Below, one piece after another: positions 28,962 to 38,899 of a stretch of 64,000 nucleotides of DNA. The notes under the pieces were generated by a model. It searched no databases. It had not been told where the DNA came from and saw only the letters and a list, made by a program, of their open reading frames with translations. The translations under genes and the position numbers were made by a program. The stretch covers positions 20,521 through 84,520 of the forward strand of contig CAZWEM010000015.1 of the NCBI GenBank assembly GCA_964632315.1, in the 5' to 3' direction. Source of the DNA: an uncultured archaeon (lineage in GTDB: Archaea; Asgardarchaeota; Lokiarchaeia; Sigyniarchaeales; SOKP01). Each line of letters opens with the position of its first letter. Positions within the stretch are counted from its first letter, which is position 1.

Positions 28962-30041
28962 CTATTCCTTACTCGTTGCGATGTAGGAAGAATCTCCAAT
29001 AGTGATCCCATTTTTTATTAAATCCTCCAAAATGGAATAATCTCCAATAATACTATTAGACGTAATTAATTTTTTTAATTGGACCCCATCTCCAATTACC
29101 GACTCTGAGATAATGGATTTTTCAATATTTAAGTTATCACCTATAGATACATTTGGTCCAATTACTGAATTTGAAATGGATACATTATTTCCAACATATA
29201 CGGGGGGATTTATTTTAGTATTATTTATTTTCCTTGATGCTATTTTGGTTTCATATAAAGGATCACTAATTTTACTTTCAGAAAGCAAAGCTCGATTCGC
29301 ATCCAAAAGTGAATTAGGACGTCCAAAATCTAGAATTTTTCCATGCATTTCGCTAATTTTAATGCAGGCTCCTTCATTTATCAATTTTTGTATGATAGGA
29401 GTAAATTGATGTTCTTCTCCGTTTTGAAGAGATATCTTGCTTTGTTCTTCTAAAAATTGAAATAACTTTGCCGTGATGGAGTTTCTAAAGACATATGCTC
29501 CAGAAACAGCATAATTTGAGACATATTTTTGGGGTTTCTCTATGATTTCAGAAATATGGTTGCGCTCATTTATAACAACGACTCCATAAAATTGAGGGTT
29601 CTCAACTTTTCTCACATTTATTACCGCATCACATTCTTGCTGATGAAATGTAAGCAACATTTGAGAGTAATCCTCCATCGGGAGCCTATCACTCAAGAAA
29701 ATGAAACAGTCGTCACCTTTAACAAAATCTTTTGCTAATAAAATGGCATCCCCCAATCCCGAAAAAAATGGTTCATCAGCAGAATATCCTAATGGGTCTT
29801 GTTCAATAAATTCTAGATTAAAGTACTCCGAAAAATGATTTTTTAGGTATTCGATTATCTGACGTTTTTTATATCCTACTATGAAACAAATATTTGAATT
29901 TTGTGGAAAACTTTTTTTTAATTTCAATAAGATATGATCTATTGCCCTTTTACCAGCGACTTTTAGGAATGCTTTTGGTTTTGAAAAAGTAAAAGGTTGT
30001 AGTCTTTTACCAACCCCTGCTAATGGGCAAATTATCTGCAT
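28962..30041 (-). CDS. Sugar-phosphate nucleotidyltransferase with left-handed beta-helix (RmlA long form-like)
   Basis: PLAGVGKRLQPFT..PK, EKP, DFG, hexapeptide repeats. Confidence 0.9.
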   Translation of the reverse strand: MQIICPLAGVGKRLQPFTFSKPKAFLKVAGKRAIDHILLKLKKSFPQNSNICFIVGYKKRQIIEYLKNHFSEYFNLEFIEQDPLGYSADEPFFSGLGDAILLAKDFVKGDDCFIFLSDRLPMEDYSQMLLTFHQQECDAVINVRKVENPQFYGVVVINERNHISEIIEKPQKYVSNYAVSGAYVFRNSITAKLFQFLEEQSKISLQNGEEHQFTPIIQKLINEGACIKISEMHGKILDFGRPNSLLDANRALLSESKISDPLYETKIASRKINNTKINPPVYVGNNVSISNSVIGPNVSIGDNLNIEKSIISESVIGDGVQLKKLITSNSIIGDYSILEDLIKNGITIGDSSYIATSKE

Positions 30042-30058
30042 TTCTTTTCACATTCAAC

Positions 30059-30075
30059 TTACTGTAATACAGTAA
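30059..30075. promoter_or_regulatory. Perfect inverted repeat TTACTGTA-A-TACAGTAA, candidate operator
   Basis: 8-1-8 palindrome 17 nt upstream of the nucleotidyltransferase ATG. Confidence 0.4.
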
Positions 30076-30202
30076 AATACGTTAATGCTGATATAAAGCA
30101 CTATATCCGAATTTTTAACCGTTTAATTAATTTTATTTTTAGTCTTATTGGAGAATAAATATCATAACAAAATATTACATAAAAAATTTGTCGAATAATT
30201 TT

Positions 30203-30730
30203 TTACATTTCAAAAATCCTCATTATTATTTTGTAATACTTCGCTTGAGCTAATTTTCTTTCAATATCGGTTTTTAACTTTCTTAAGTAATAATTATCTG
30301 AACTATTGGTTTTATCCCCTCTTAATTTCTTGTTAAGGGCGATTCTTGTTTTTTCTTCTAAAAACTCTGGAGGGATTTTCCGAAATTCTTCAATTAAAGT
30401 CTCTCTTTCGTTTTCTTTGCTTAGCTTTTTAGAATAGGTTTCAACTTTTTTATAAAGAATCTTAATCCAAGTTTCAATCCTGTCTATATCCCCTTTTAAA
30501 TAAGTTCTTGCATCTAACCATTCTTTAAATTCAATAACATCATGTAAAAATTCATTATACTCCTTTTTTCCTATTTCTGGCTGAATTTCATCCTCCTTTT
30601 TAATTACTTTCTTTATAGTTTCTTTTTTCAATTCTTGTTTTTTTTCTTTAGGTAAGGAATCATAGAATTCTTCTTTTTTTTTCCGGCGTTCTTTAGTTTC
30701 TTCATCGTCAAACCATTTATATATAGACAT
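30203..30730 (-). CDS. Hypothetical charged helical protein
   Basis: 175-aa ORF, K/E-rich, conserved-looking WLDARTYLKGD and DNYYLRKLK. Confidence 0.75.
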   Translation of the reverse strand: MSIYKWFDDEETKERRKKKEEFYDSLPKEKKQELKKETIKKVIKKEDEIQPEIGKKEYNEFLHDVIEFKEWLDARTYLKGDIDRIETWIKILYKKVETYSKKLSKENERETLIEEFRKIPPEFLEEKTRIALNKKLRGDKTNSSDNYYLRKLKTDIERKLAQAKYYKIIMRIFEM

Positions 30731-30841
30731 TTTGATATTACTCTTTCTTTAAAATTAAATCCCAATTCAATATAAAAATAACAATATAATTTAGACTATC
30801 AGAGATAAATTAATATTTAAAGTTATTAAATATCACTTGAT

Positions 30842-31591
30842 ATGAAAATTAAGGGGTTAATCTTTGATTTCGGATTTACATTATTTAGCTTTAGAGATGT
30901 ATCGGTTGAGAAATACCTAAATTGCTATAATGAAGGATTAACTAAATCCTTGGAAAAACTTTCAGATTTAAAAATTTTAACTAATACTTTACTTAATAAA
31001 GAAATTATTAAAACATTTAATAAGAAAAGGGCTGAATACTTTAAGAAAAGCGTAAAAACCAAAAATGAATATAGGACCTCATTTATTTTCAAAGAAACGT
31101 TTAAAGAGCATGACATTCTAGAACTCGATGATCAAATTCTTGATGAATTAGCTGATATTTATCATTCTTGTGAAAGAAATCAATGGGTGCCATTTCAATA
31201 TACAAGAGAGACTCTCAAAAATTTAAAAAATGAAAAAAAGGTAAAATTAGCAGTATTATCAAATCATCCGCATCATGGTACTATTGAAAATTTATTATCT
31301 AAGTATGATTTAAGAAATTTTTTTGATGCTGTAGTCACATCCGCCGAATATGGAAAGAGAAAACCAGATCCGGGTATATTTCATTATACCATAAAAAAGA
31401 TGGGGTTAAAATCTCCTGAATTTTGTATGATCTGTGGAGACGAATATGCCGATATTTCTGGTGGTAATAGAGCTGGATTAAAAACTATAATGTGTAATAG
31501 AACATTTAAATTTCCATTTGAAAAAAAAATCATAGATCAAAAATATATTAAAATTAAAAATATTTCTGAAATAGTCAGATATATTGATTAA
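30842..31591 (+). CDS. HAD-superfamily hydrolase
   Basis: FDFGFTL, LSN, KPDPGIF, GD...D. Confidence 0.88.
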   Translation: MKIKGLIFDFGFTLFSFRDVSVEKYLNCYNEGLTKSLEKLSDLKILTNTLLNKEIIKTFNKKRAEYFKKSVKTKNEYRTSFIFKETFKEHDILELDDQILDELADIYHSCERNQWVPFQYTRETLKNLKNEKKVKLAVLSNHPHHGTIENLLSKYDLRNFFDAVVTSAEYGKRKPDPGIFHYTIKKMGLKSPEFCMICGDEYADISGGNRAGLKTIMCNRTFKFPFEKKIIDQKYIKIKNISEIVRYID

Positions 31592-31698
31592 TTCTATTAT
31601 CAATATTGATATTTATTACTCAAATCATTTTCAGAAATACATAATTAATCAAAGCTCATCTAAATTTAGGATTTTTAATAAATCTCTAAAATTAGAAA

Positions 31699-31803
31699 TG
31701 ACCCGGGGGGGATTTGAACCCTCGATATCTGGCTCCGCAAGCCAGCGCCCTATCCATTCTAGATTCAAAGATATTTTCTTTGATTTAACTAGACTACCGG
31801 GTC
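31699..31803 (-). tRNA. tRNA-Arg(GCG) with 30-nt D-loop intron (31757-31786)
   Basis: Acceptor GACCCGG/CCGGGTC-A; anticodon arm CTGGC-TTGCGGA-GCCAG; T-arm GAGGG-TTCAAAT-CCCCC; BHB-like intron. Confidence 0.93.
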
Positions 31804-31882
31804 TTTTTAATTTTCTATTTGTAATCTTAAAAATAAATCATTTGCTATAATAATTACCGAATGGATCCCCACTTGAAAAATC

Positions 31883-32566
31883 ATGTATAGTGACTTTGCT
31901 GTTATTTTCGATATGGATGGAGTCTTAGCAGATACTGGGCCTATTCATTATCAAAGTTGGGTTAAAATCGCTAAAGAGATAGGGAAAAGATTTTCTAAAG
32001 AATTATTTAAGTCTACATTCGGTAAGCAAAGCATTCCAATAATTAGAAAATTGGTTGGAACTGATTATGATGAAGATTTGGTGAGAAAATGGGCAGATTT
32101 AAAAGAGAAATATTATCGAGAGATGTTAAGGGATAATATCGTTCCACTTCCAGGCGTTTTAAGATTATTAAAAGAATTGAACCGTTTAAAATTTAAATTA
32201 GCGGTGGGATCAAGTGGTCCTCCTGAAAACGTTGATATGCTACTTAATTCATTGGAAATCGCACGTTATTTTAATATTGTAATCACTGCTTCTGATGTGA
32301 AAAATGGAAAGCCAGCACCTGATGTATTTCTCATTGCTTCTGAGAAGCTAAAAATATTGCCATCTAATTGTATAGTCATTGAAGATGCACCAGTCGGTAT
32401 CGAAGCAGCTAAGAATGCTGGCATGAAATGTATTGCATTAGAAACGACGCACCCAGCTAAAAAGTTGTCAATGGCTGATTTGGTAATCTCAGACTTATCT
32501 AAAATTCGAACAAAAGATATTATCAAATTATTTATTGAGAATAAGTATTCGGGAAGAATTGTTTGA
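31883..32566 (+). CDS. HAD phosphatase, beta-phosphoglucomutase-like
   Basis: FDMDGVL, SSG, GKPAPDVF, IEDAPVGIEAA. Confidence 0.92.
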   Translation: MYSDFAVIFDMDGVLADTGPIHYQSWVKIAKEIGKRFSKELFKSTFGKQSIPIIRKLVGTDYDEDLVRKWADLKEKYYREMLRDNIVPLPGVLRLLKELNRLKFKLAVGSSGPPENVDMLLNSLEIARYFNIVITASDVKNGKPAPDVFLIASEKLKILPSNCIVIEDAPVGIEAAKNAGMKCIALETTHPAKKLSMADLVISDLSKIRTKDIIKLFIENKYSGRIV

Positions 32567-32621
32567 CTGGATCTCTTGTAAAAAGTTAAGGAGAGGTGAC
32601 TTGTTTTTCATTGGAACTTTT

Positions 32622-32903
32622 TTATGGATAATCTGGTTTGTTAGACACTAGAGTCGTTGTTTCTTCGATCCATTTACTTATTTCTTCATCCATTCGGATA
32701 TAGGCAATTATCTTGTCTAATTCCTGTTTTTTAGTAAAGGAACATTCAACAACAACATCCCATCCTCCATAAACAGGAGTCGCATAAGTTACCATCCAAT
32801 CTTCATCATCTTCAACTGATTTTAAGTTTTTGAGCTTATTGACGACTTTCCATTCAAATCCAATTTTCTTCAGTCGAATAAAGATATATCCTCGGAAATA
32901 GAT
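32622..32903 (-). CDS. Stand-alone Lrp/AsnC ligand-binding (RAM) domain protein, 93 aa, absent from ORF track; probable ATC start
   Basis: xYFRGYIFIRLKKIGFEWKVVNKL...TPVYGGWDVVVEC...WIEETTTLV matches RAM domain pattern; GGTGA SD 6 nt before ATC; in-frame TGA three codons upstream. Confidence 0.8.
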   Translation of the reverse strand: MYFRGYIFIRLKKIGFEWKVVNKLKNLKSVEDDEDWMVTYATPVYGGWDVVVECSFTKKQELDKIIAYIRMDEEISKWIEETTTLVSNKPDYP

Positions 32904-33024
32904 TGAAAATCACCAATTTTAAATATAAATTAATTTTTTTTGAGAAGAAATATTAATCATATACAAATTATGAAACATTAGAGATATTAACTAATAAACG
33001 TTATGATAACTCGGGTTATTTAAC

Positions 33025-34785
33025 TTGGATGATAATGAAATCACAGATTTGCTATGGAAATTTGCTTTAATAAATTCTGTTAAATTTGGGGGAACTCCTA
33101 ATCTTAAAGCAATAATGGGTAAGATTATGGCTGAAAGGAAGGATCTTAGATCTCAATCAAAAAAAGTAATAAGCGTTTTAGAAAGCATCGTTAATCAGAT
33201 AAATTCATTGGATCTTAATGTTCAAACTGAAAAATTATTAGAGATTGATCCGAATGCTTTAGATAAAAAAGAGACTATAAAAGAAGAGAAAGAACTCCCA
33301 GATTTACCAGAATTAAGTAAATATGATAAAGTTGTAATGCGCTTGGCCCCCTATCCTAGTGGTGCTTTACATATCGGAAATGCACGGATGATTGTTCTAA
33401 ATGACGAATATGTAAAAAGATATAATGGAGACTTGATCCTTTTTTTTGACGATACGATTGGAAGTCCAAAATCATTAAGAGATTCCCCCAAAGCCAAATA
33501 TGTACTTCCAGAGTCGTATGATTTGATAAAAGAAGGATTAGATTGGTTGAAAGTTGGTTTTAATAAGGTTTATTATAAAAGTGATCGTTTAGAAATTTTT
33601 TATGAATATTGTGAAAAATTAATTAAAGATGAAATAGCCTATGTATGTACTTGCAGTGCTGATGAATTTAGAGATTCATATAAATTAAAAAAATTGGAAT
33701 GTCCCCATCGTAACCGAACTACCAGCCAAAATTTACAAGAATGGAATAAAATGCTTTCAGGAAAGTATCACGAAACTGAAGCTGTCGTTAGATTAAAAAC
33801 AGGTATGAATCAAAAAGATCCAGCTCTTAGAGATCAAATTATTATGCGGATTTCAGAAGCAAAACACCCGAGAGTAGGAACGAAATATAAAGTTTGGCCA
33901 ATGTTGGAATTTTCTTGGGCTATTGATGACCATTTAATTGGAGTCACTCATATACTCCGAGGATCTGACTTAGTGAAAGAGGATTTCATCGAAAATTTTG
34001 TATGGGAGCACTTTAAGTGGAAAAAGGCTCAATTTTTACATTATGGAAGAATAAATTTTCCCGATATGAAATTAAGCAAAACCGATGCTAGAAATAACAT
34101 CCAAAATGGTGTTTATTACGGATGGGATGATCCTAGAACCTGGACCTTACAATCTCTTAAAAAAAGAGGCATTCAACCCGAAGCTTTGAGAGAATCTTTA
34201 TTAGATTTAGGGATGTCACTTTCAGGCATCACATTTTCAGTTAATTGGTTATATTCTAAAAATCAGGATCTAATAGATGATCAATCAAATCGTTACTTTT
34301 ATGTAGAAGATCCGATATACATTAAGATCAAGGAGGTTCCAAAAAAGCAATATATTTCCAAACCACTATTATTACCTTCAAGACCCGAAAAAGGGAATCG
34401 CAAAATTAAGATTGAAACCAAAGACAACCAAGTAAACCTTTATGCTTCTTCAAATGATATGAATTTATTCAATAAAAATCAAATAGTACGATTAAAAGAT
34501 CTATTTAACATTCAAATTGACCTATTTGAAGAAGAGTCGAAATTGGTGCACGCTCATTATCACAGTGCAGCCTTAGATCGAAATTATTCAATTATTCAAT
34601 GGGTTCCTGCCCAAGAATTCGTAAATGTCGAAATTTTAAAACCAAATGGTAAAGTTTCGAAAGGTGTAGGTGAAATTAATCTTATGAAGATACCTATGGA
34701 AATTCCCATACAATTCGAGCGATATGGTTTTGTCAACCCGATTACTAGAGAAAAGGATCTCCTATATTGTTATTTTACTCATTAA
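33025..34785 (+). CDS. gltX: Glutamate--tRNA ligase, archaeal type
   Basis: RLAPYPSGALHIGN, DPALRD, THILRG, KLSKT, GWDDPR, QFERYGF. Confidence 0.96.
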   Translation: MDDNEITDLLWKFALINSVKFGGTPNLKAIMGKIMAERKDLRSQSKKVISVLESIVNQINSLDLNVQTEKLLEIDPNALDKKETIKEEKELPDLPELSKYDKVVMRLAPYPSGALHIGNARMIVLNDEYVKRYNGDLILFFDDTIGSPKSLRDSPKAKYVLPESYDLIKEGLDWLKVGFNKVYYKSDRLEIFYEYCEKLIKDEIAYVCTCSADEFRDSYKLKKLECPHRNRTTSQNLQEWNKMLSGKYHETEAVVRLKTGMNQKDPALRDQIIMRISEAKHPRVGTKYKVWPMLEFSWAIDDHLIGVTHILRGSDLVKEDFIENFVWEHFKWKKAQFLHYGRINFPDMKLSKTDARNNIQNGVYYGWDDPRTWTLQSLKKRGIQPEALRESLLDLGMSLSGITFSVNWLYSKNQDLIDDQSNRYFYVEDPIYIKIKEVPKKQYISKPLLLPSRPEKGNRKIKIETKDNQVNLYASSNDMNLFNKNQIVRLKDLFNIQIDLFEEESKLVHAHYHSAALDRNYSIIQWVPAQEFVNVEILKPNGKVSKGVGEINLMKIPMEIPIQFERYGFVNPITREKDLLYCYFTH

Positions 34786-34872
34786 AATAATTTTAAAATT
34801 AAAAGAAAATACTATAAAGTTCGTTTTCTTTAAAATCATAATTATCTTTAGATCATACATGTTTCTATAATA

Positions 34873-35973
34873 ATGATGAATGAGAATAACGAAGATGCCA
34901 CATCAAAAAGCCCACTAGGGTGGAAAGTATGTCCTTTTTGTGGAGCTCAGTTACCAAAGCTAGCAGAATTAAAATTTTGTACTTCATGTGGAATAGATTT
35001 AGAATACTTAAAAACTCATAAAAAGATTCCTCCAGATTTCCTTCAGAGATTGGATCACACAAGCCCTCAAATCTCTGATCAGCAATCTGTTTTATGGAAT
35101 GGAATAAAACAAATTTCTGATGAGGAAATCCTTGAAACTCAAGATAAGAAACTTTGGAGTGTTGCGGCTTCAATAGGATTGACAATTGCTGCTGTAGTGA
35201 TTATGAATTTCATTGCTGTTGCTTTAGTAATACCATTCATTTTTCTCACTCCATCAATTGAAGCATTAATGAATAGTCTATCAAGTCCTTATTTTATCAT
35301 TATTACCTCATTTGCTGAACTAATTCTAATTGTTTTTCCAATAATCTATATAAAGAAATACCTGAAGAATCCTACAATTAAAAATCGTTTTGCCTTATTA
35401 GGGTTTACAACTAAAGGAATGAGTTCATGGAAGGTAATCAAGGAAATCCTAATAGGTTTAGTATTTTCTGTAATTGGTATTATAGTGGTTTTGTTCGTCT
35501 CATTTTTCGTTGAAATAATAGTTGAATTTTTTTTTGGATTATCGGTCATAAGAGATGTATCTTCAAGTAATGGAAATGTAGATATGATAATACTCGCTTC
35601 TGATATTCCTGCTCTAATATTATTAATGCTTATAATGATATTAGTAATTGGAACTTCAGAAGAAATACTATTCCGAGGATTCATGCAAAAAGGATTAGTA
35701 AGACGTATAGGCAAAAAATGGGGTTTAATGGTCACCGCATTGATATTTACATTTATCCACTTGATTGGTTCCTTCTTAATTTATGATATTTTTTCACTAT
35801 CATTTTTAGTTTCATTTATATTATCTTTCTTTCCGTATTTAGCAATCTCTTCTCTACTGGGTTTGGTGTACATGTGGAGAAAGGAGAATTTAATCTCTGT
35901 CATGATCATGCATGGCTTCTATGATGCCCTCACAGTACTTATGGTATTCATGTTCTATAATTTAACATTTTAA
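34873..35973 (+). CDS. CPBP/Abi (CAAX protease-like) intramembrane glutamic protease with N-terminal zinc ribbon
   Basis: CPFCG...FCTSCG; EEILFRG, FTFIH, HGFYD. Confidence 0.9.
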   Translation: MMNENNEDATSKSPLGWKVCPFCGAQLPKLAELKFCTSCGIDLEYLKTHKKIPPDFLQRLDHTSPQISDQQSVLWNGIKQISDEEILETQDKKLWSVAASIGLTIAAVVIMNFIAVALVIPFIFLTPSIEALMNSLSSPYFIIITSFAELILIVFPIIYIKKYLKNPTIKNRFALLGFTTKGMSSWKVIKEILIGLVFSVIGIIVVLFVSFFVEIIVEFFFGLSVIRDVSSSNGNVDMIILASDIPALILLMLIMILVIGTSEEILFRGFMQKGLVRRIGKKWGLMVTALIFTFIHLIGSFLIYDIFSLSFLVSFILSFFPYLAISSLLGLVYMWRKENLISVMIMHGFYDALTVLMVFMFYNLTF

Positions 35974-35977
35974 TACA

Positions 35978-36820
35978 ATGTCTCTAATGGATTTAATAAC
36001 ATCAAAAGAAAAAGGAAATAATCCTAAAATTGGAATTGGATTAGGAAGAGATTCTCAACAAAATTCTCTCATAGTAAAAGCAGTGCATCAATTCTTAGAA
36101 AATGAAAGAGCAACAATATATCTATTTAGTGATGAAATAGGTATCAATAAGTTAAAAAATATTACAATGGATCTCAATTTGATAAAATCTGAAAATGTTG
36201 AGGCTGAAATTTTTAATTTTGTAGAAAACAGGCAAATAGAATCGGTAATAAGAGGAAGTTTAAGCTCAAACAAGTTCATTACTGAAGTTAAAAATAGATA
36301 TAATGCTCCTAATCTTAATCGTTTAGCACTTTTAGAAACCTCTAATAGATTTCAATTCTTTTTCGCTCCAGTGGGTATCGACGAATGCTCAAATTTAAAG
36401 CAAAAACAAATTTTTATAGAGAATGCCATAAAATTTTTGACTTCCATTGGTATAGATCCTAAAATTAGCATCCTGAGTGGAGGAAGGGAAGGAGATAAAG
36501 GGAGGGACAAGATAGTTGATGCAAGCTTAGAAGAGAGCCACAAATTAATCAGATACTTTAATCAAAATTATCCTCACTCGAAAGTTTATCATGATGAAAT
36601 ACTAATTGAAAATGCTATAGCCCGAAAATGCAATCTCATCATTGCTCCGGATGGAATTTCTGGTAATCTCATCTACCGAACTCTCGTTCATTTAGGAGGA
36701 GGTAAAGCATATGGAGCAATCTATTTAGGTCTTAAGACTCTCATTATTGATACTTCAAGAGTTGGTAATATTTCTGAAATTGAAGGAGCATTGAGGATTG
36801 CAAAAGCATTTTCAGATTAG
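35978..36820 (+). CDS. mtxX: MtxX / methanogenesis marker 4-like protein (phosphate acyltransferase-related fold)
   Basis: IRGSLSS, RLALLE, FFAPVGIDE, LSGGR..DKGRD, IIAPDGISGNLIYRTL, DTSR. Confidence 0.8.
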   Translation: MSLMDLITSKEKGNNPKIGIGLGRDSQQNSLIVKAVHQFLENERATIYLFSDEIGINKLKNITMDLNLIKSENVEAEIFNFVENRQIESVIRGSLSSNKFITEVKNRYNAPNLNRLALLETSNRFQFFFAPVGIDECSNLKQKQIFIENAIKFLTSIGIDPKISILSGGREGDKGRDKIVDASLEESHKLIRYFNQNYPHSKVYHDEILIENAIARKCNLIIAPDGISGNLIYRTLVHLGGGKAYGAIYLGLKTLIIDTSRVGNISEIEGALRIAKAFSD

Positions 36821-36828
36821 TAGAATAA

Positions 36829-37665
36829 TTATTTATATTGATTTGGGTCATCAACTATTCTAAGATCGTCATTCAAACTATCTATTTGATCCATGTCACT
36901 AGTATTTATTCTAAAGTCAAAAACATCAGCATTATCTTTAAGATGCTGCTTATTACCCGATTTTGGGATTTCAACTATTTTATGTTGAAGCCCCCATCTG
37001 ATCAAGATTTGAGGGACACTTTTGTTGTACTTCAAACTTATAGATTTAAGAGTAGAATCATTGAATTTCCTCCCTCTCGTTAGAGGGGAATAAGCTTCTA
37101 GTTGAATATTCTTAGAATTACAATATTCTAAAAGCCTTTTTTGATATAAAAATGGAGAAAACTCTACTTGATTAATCATTGGTGTTATTGAAGTCTTGCT
37201 TAATAACTCATCAATATGCTTAATAGTAAAATTACTTACTCCTATAGCTCTAGCTTGACCACTTTCATATATTTTTTCTAAGGCTTTCCAAGTATCATTT
37301 CTTAATCCACTAATGGGCCAATGAATTAAATAAAGATCTAGATATGATAACTTTAACTTTTTTAAACTCTTATCAAAAGCCTTAAATGTATTATCGTAAC
37401 CTTGATCACTATTCCATACCTTCGAAGTAATGAATAAATCTTCTCTCGAAATTTTTGAATCTTCAATCGCCTCTCCAATCTCTCTTTCATTTCCATATAA
37501 TGCGGCCGTATCAATTAATCTGTATCCCATTTCAATCGCCCAAGTTACCCCTTGAATACATTCCTGACCTCTTAACGCCCATGTGCCCAAACCAAGAATC
37601 GGCATTTCGATTCCATTGTACAATTTTACAGTTGTATCTTTTTTCAAATCCAATTTTAACACCAA
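36829..37665 (-). CDS. Aldo/keto reductase
   Basis: GLGTW, IDTAALY, LYLIHWP, IGVSNF, IPKS. Confidence 0.94.
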   Translation of the reverse strand: MVLKLDLKKDTTVKLYNGIEMPILGLGTWALRGQECIQGVTWAIEMGYRLIDTAALYGNEREIGEAIEDSKISREDLFITSKVWNSDQGYDNTFKAFDKSLKKLKLSYLDLYLIHWPISGLRNDTWKALEKIYESGQARAIGVSNFTIKHIDELLSKTSITPMINQVEFSPFLYQKRLLEYCNSKNIQLEAYSPLTRGRKFNDSTLKSISLKYNKSVPQILIRWGLQHKIVEIPKSGNKQHLKDNADVFDFRINTSDMDQIDSLNDDLRIVDDPNQYK

Positions 37666-37751
37666 TTATCATACACGATTTAAAAATATAAAAATTCTAC
37701 TTATAGAACATTAAAAAATGATCAAAATCAATTAAATAAAAAAAAGAATAC

Positions 37752-38051
37752 TTAACTAAGAAAACCAACAAACGTCGCAAGTAGGACGAAAATTCCACCA
37801 ATTAAGCTAGCAAATACAATCAGTAGAATTCCTAATATTGCAAGAAAGAAAGGTGTACCGCGAATAGGTTTTATCCCTAATACAATTGTAATTATGGCAA
37901 AAACGAATATCAAAATCGTTCCTATCACTCCAAATCCATATGACATTAAACCATTCCCCGTTAAAATCAAAATAGCCTCAATGATTCCAATAATCCCTCC
38001 TATTATTGCTATTACTCTCATGCCTTTATCTGATTCTTCAACCTTACTCAT
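37752..38051 (-). CDS. Small membrane protein
   Basis: Almost entirely hydrophobic, Gly-rich TM segments. Confidence 0.7.
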   Translation of the reverse strand: MSKVEESDKGMRVIAIIGGIIGIIEAILILTGNGLMSYGFGVIGTILIFVFAIITIVLGIKPIRGTPFFLAILGILLIVFASLIGGIFVLLATFVGFLS

Positions 38052-38145
38052 AAAGATTACATCCTTAATGTGGGTTTAAACTTTCTTAAGTAAAAATAAA
38101 TGAATCAACTATAAAAATTTATACTCTAAAAAAAAAGAAGAGGAT

Positions 38146-38790
38146 TTAGATCATATGTAGAGATCCGAATATGATCCCTAATCCAAGATCGATAATAGCT
38201 GCAATTATCAAAAAATTGCGCTGCTTTTTAGGCTTCCAGTAGTAAGAATAGGCAGAAACCACGAAAAAAGGTATATATACAAATATGAACACTGTAATCG
38301 CATTCCACCACCACCACACCCATACAAACGATCTTGTAAAGATAAGAAAAATTTCTATTATAGAAGCCACCAAAGCATTCCCAATTCCAATCGCAAGGGG
38401 TTTTGGAACTGAATATCTCCCTATTTTAAACATTGGTTCTTTAGGATCTTCTGGTAAGAGTTTACTTTGTGCGACTCCAGCTATAGAAAACATCAGGTTT
38501 AGTTCTATTCCGAGTCCAATTAAGATTAAATACGACGTTCCAGCTGGAACGGTCCATAATGCATGACCTAATACAGATTGGACGACCCCATTAATGATCT
38601 CAACAAACCAATGTATCATGTATAATGTTAAGCCAGCAACGATAGTGTTATAATTCTTTTTATGATATTCATTAAAATAAATATATAGAACGACAACTAG
38701 CATGAAGATCACGCCAAGATCGAAATAATCACCTGATCGAAGAATATCTAAAGCTTGTTGAGTCGCTTCGGGGTTATGTAGTAATATCAT
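38146..38790 (-). CDS. Multi-pass membrane protein
   Basis: ~6 TM; W.VEIING, GLGIE..MFSIAG, WVWWWWN. Confidence 0.75.
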   Translation of the reverse strand: MILLHNPEATQQALDILRSGDYFDLGVIFMLVVVLYIYFNEYHKKNYNTIVAGLTLYMIHWFVEIINGVVQSVLGHALWTVPAGTSYLILIGLGIELNLMFSIAGVAQSKLLPEDPKEPMFKIGRYSVPKPLAIGIGNALVASIIEIFLIFTRSFVWVWWWWNAITVFIFVYIPFFVVSAYSYYWKPKKQRNFLIIAAIIDLGLGIIFGSLHMI

Positions 38791-38899
38791 TTATTTATTC
38801 TCTTTTAAGTTAATATTAAATTTAAAGATATGAAATTATCAATATGTTTTAAAAATTAGCAAAGGCTTAAAATGAGGAGTATTTTTTATTTGCATACTC

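Noticed and set aside
31584-31850. 88-aa ORF in track
   Set aside because: Antisense to tRNA-Arg; spurious
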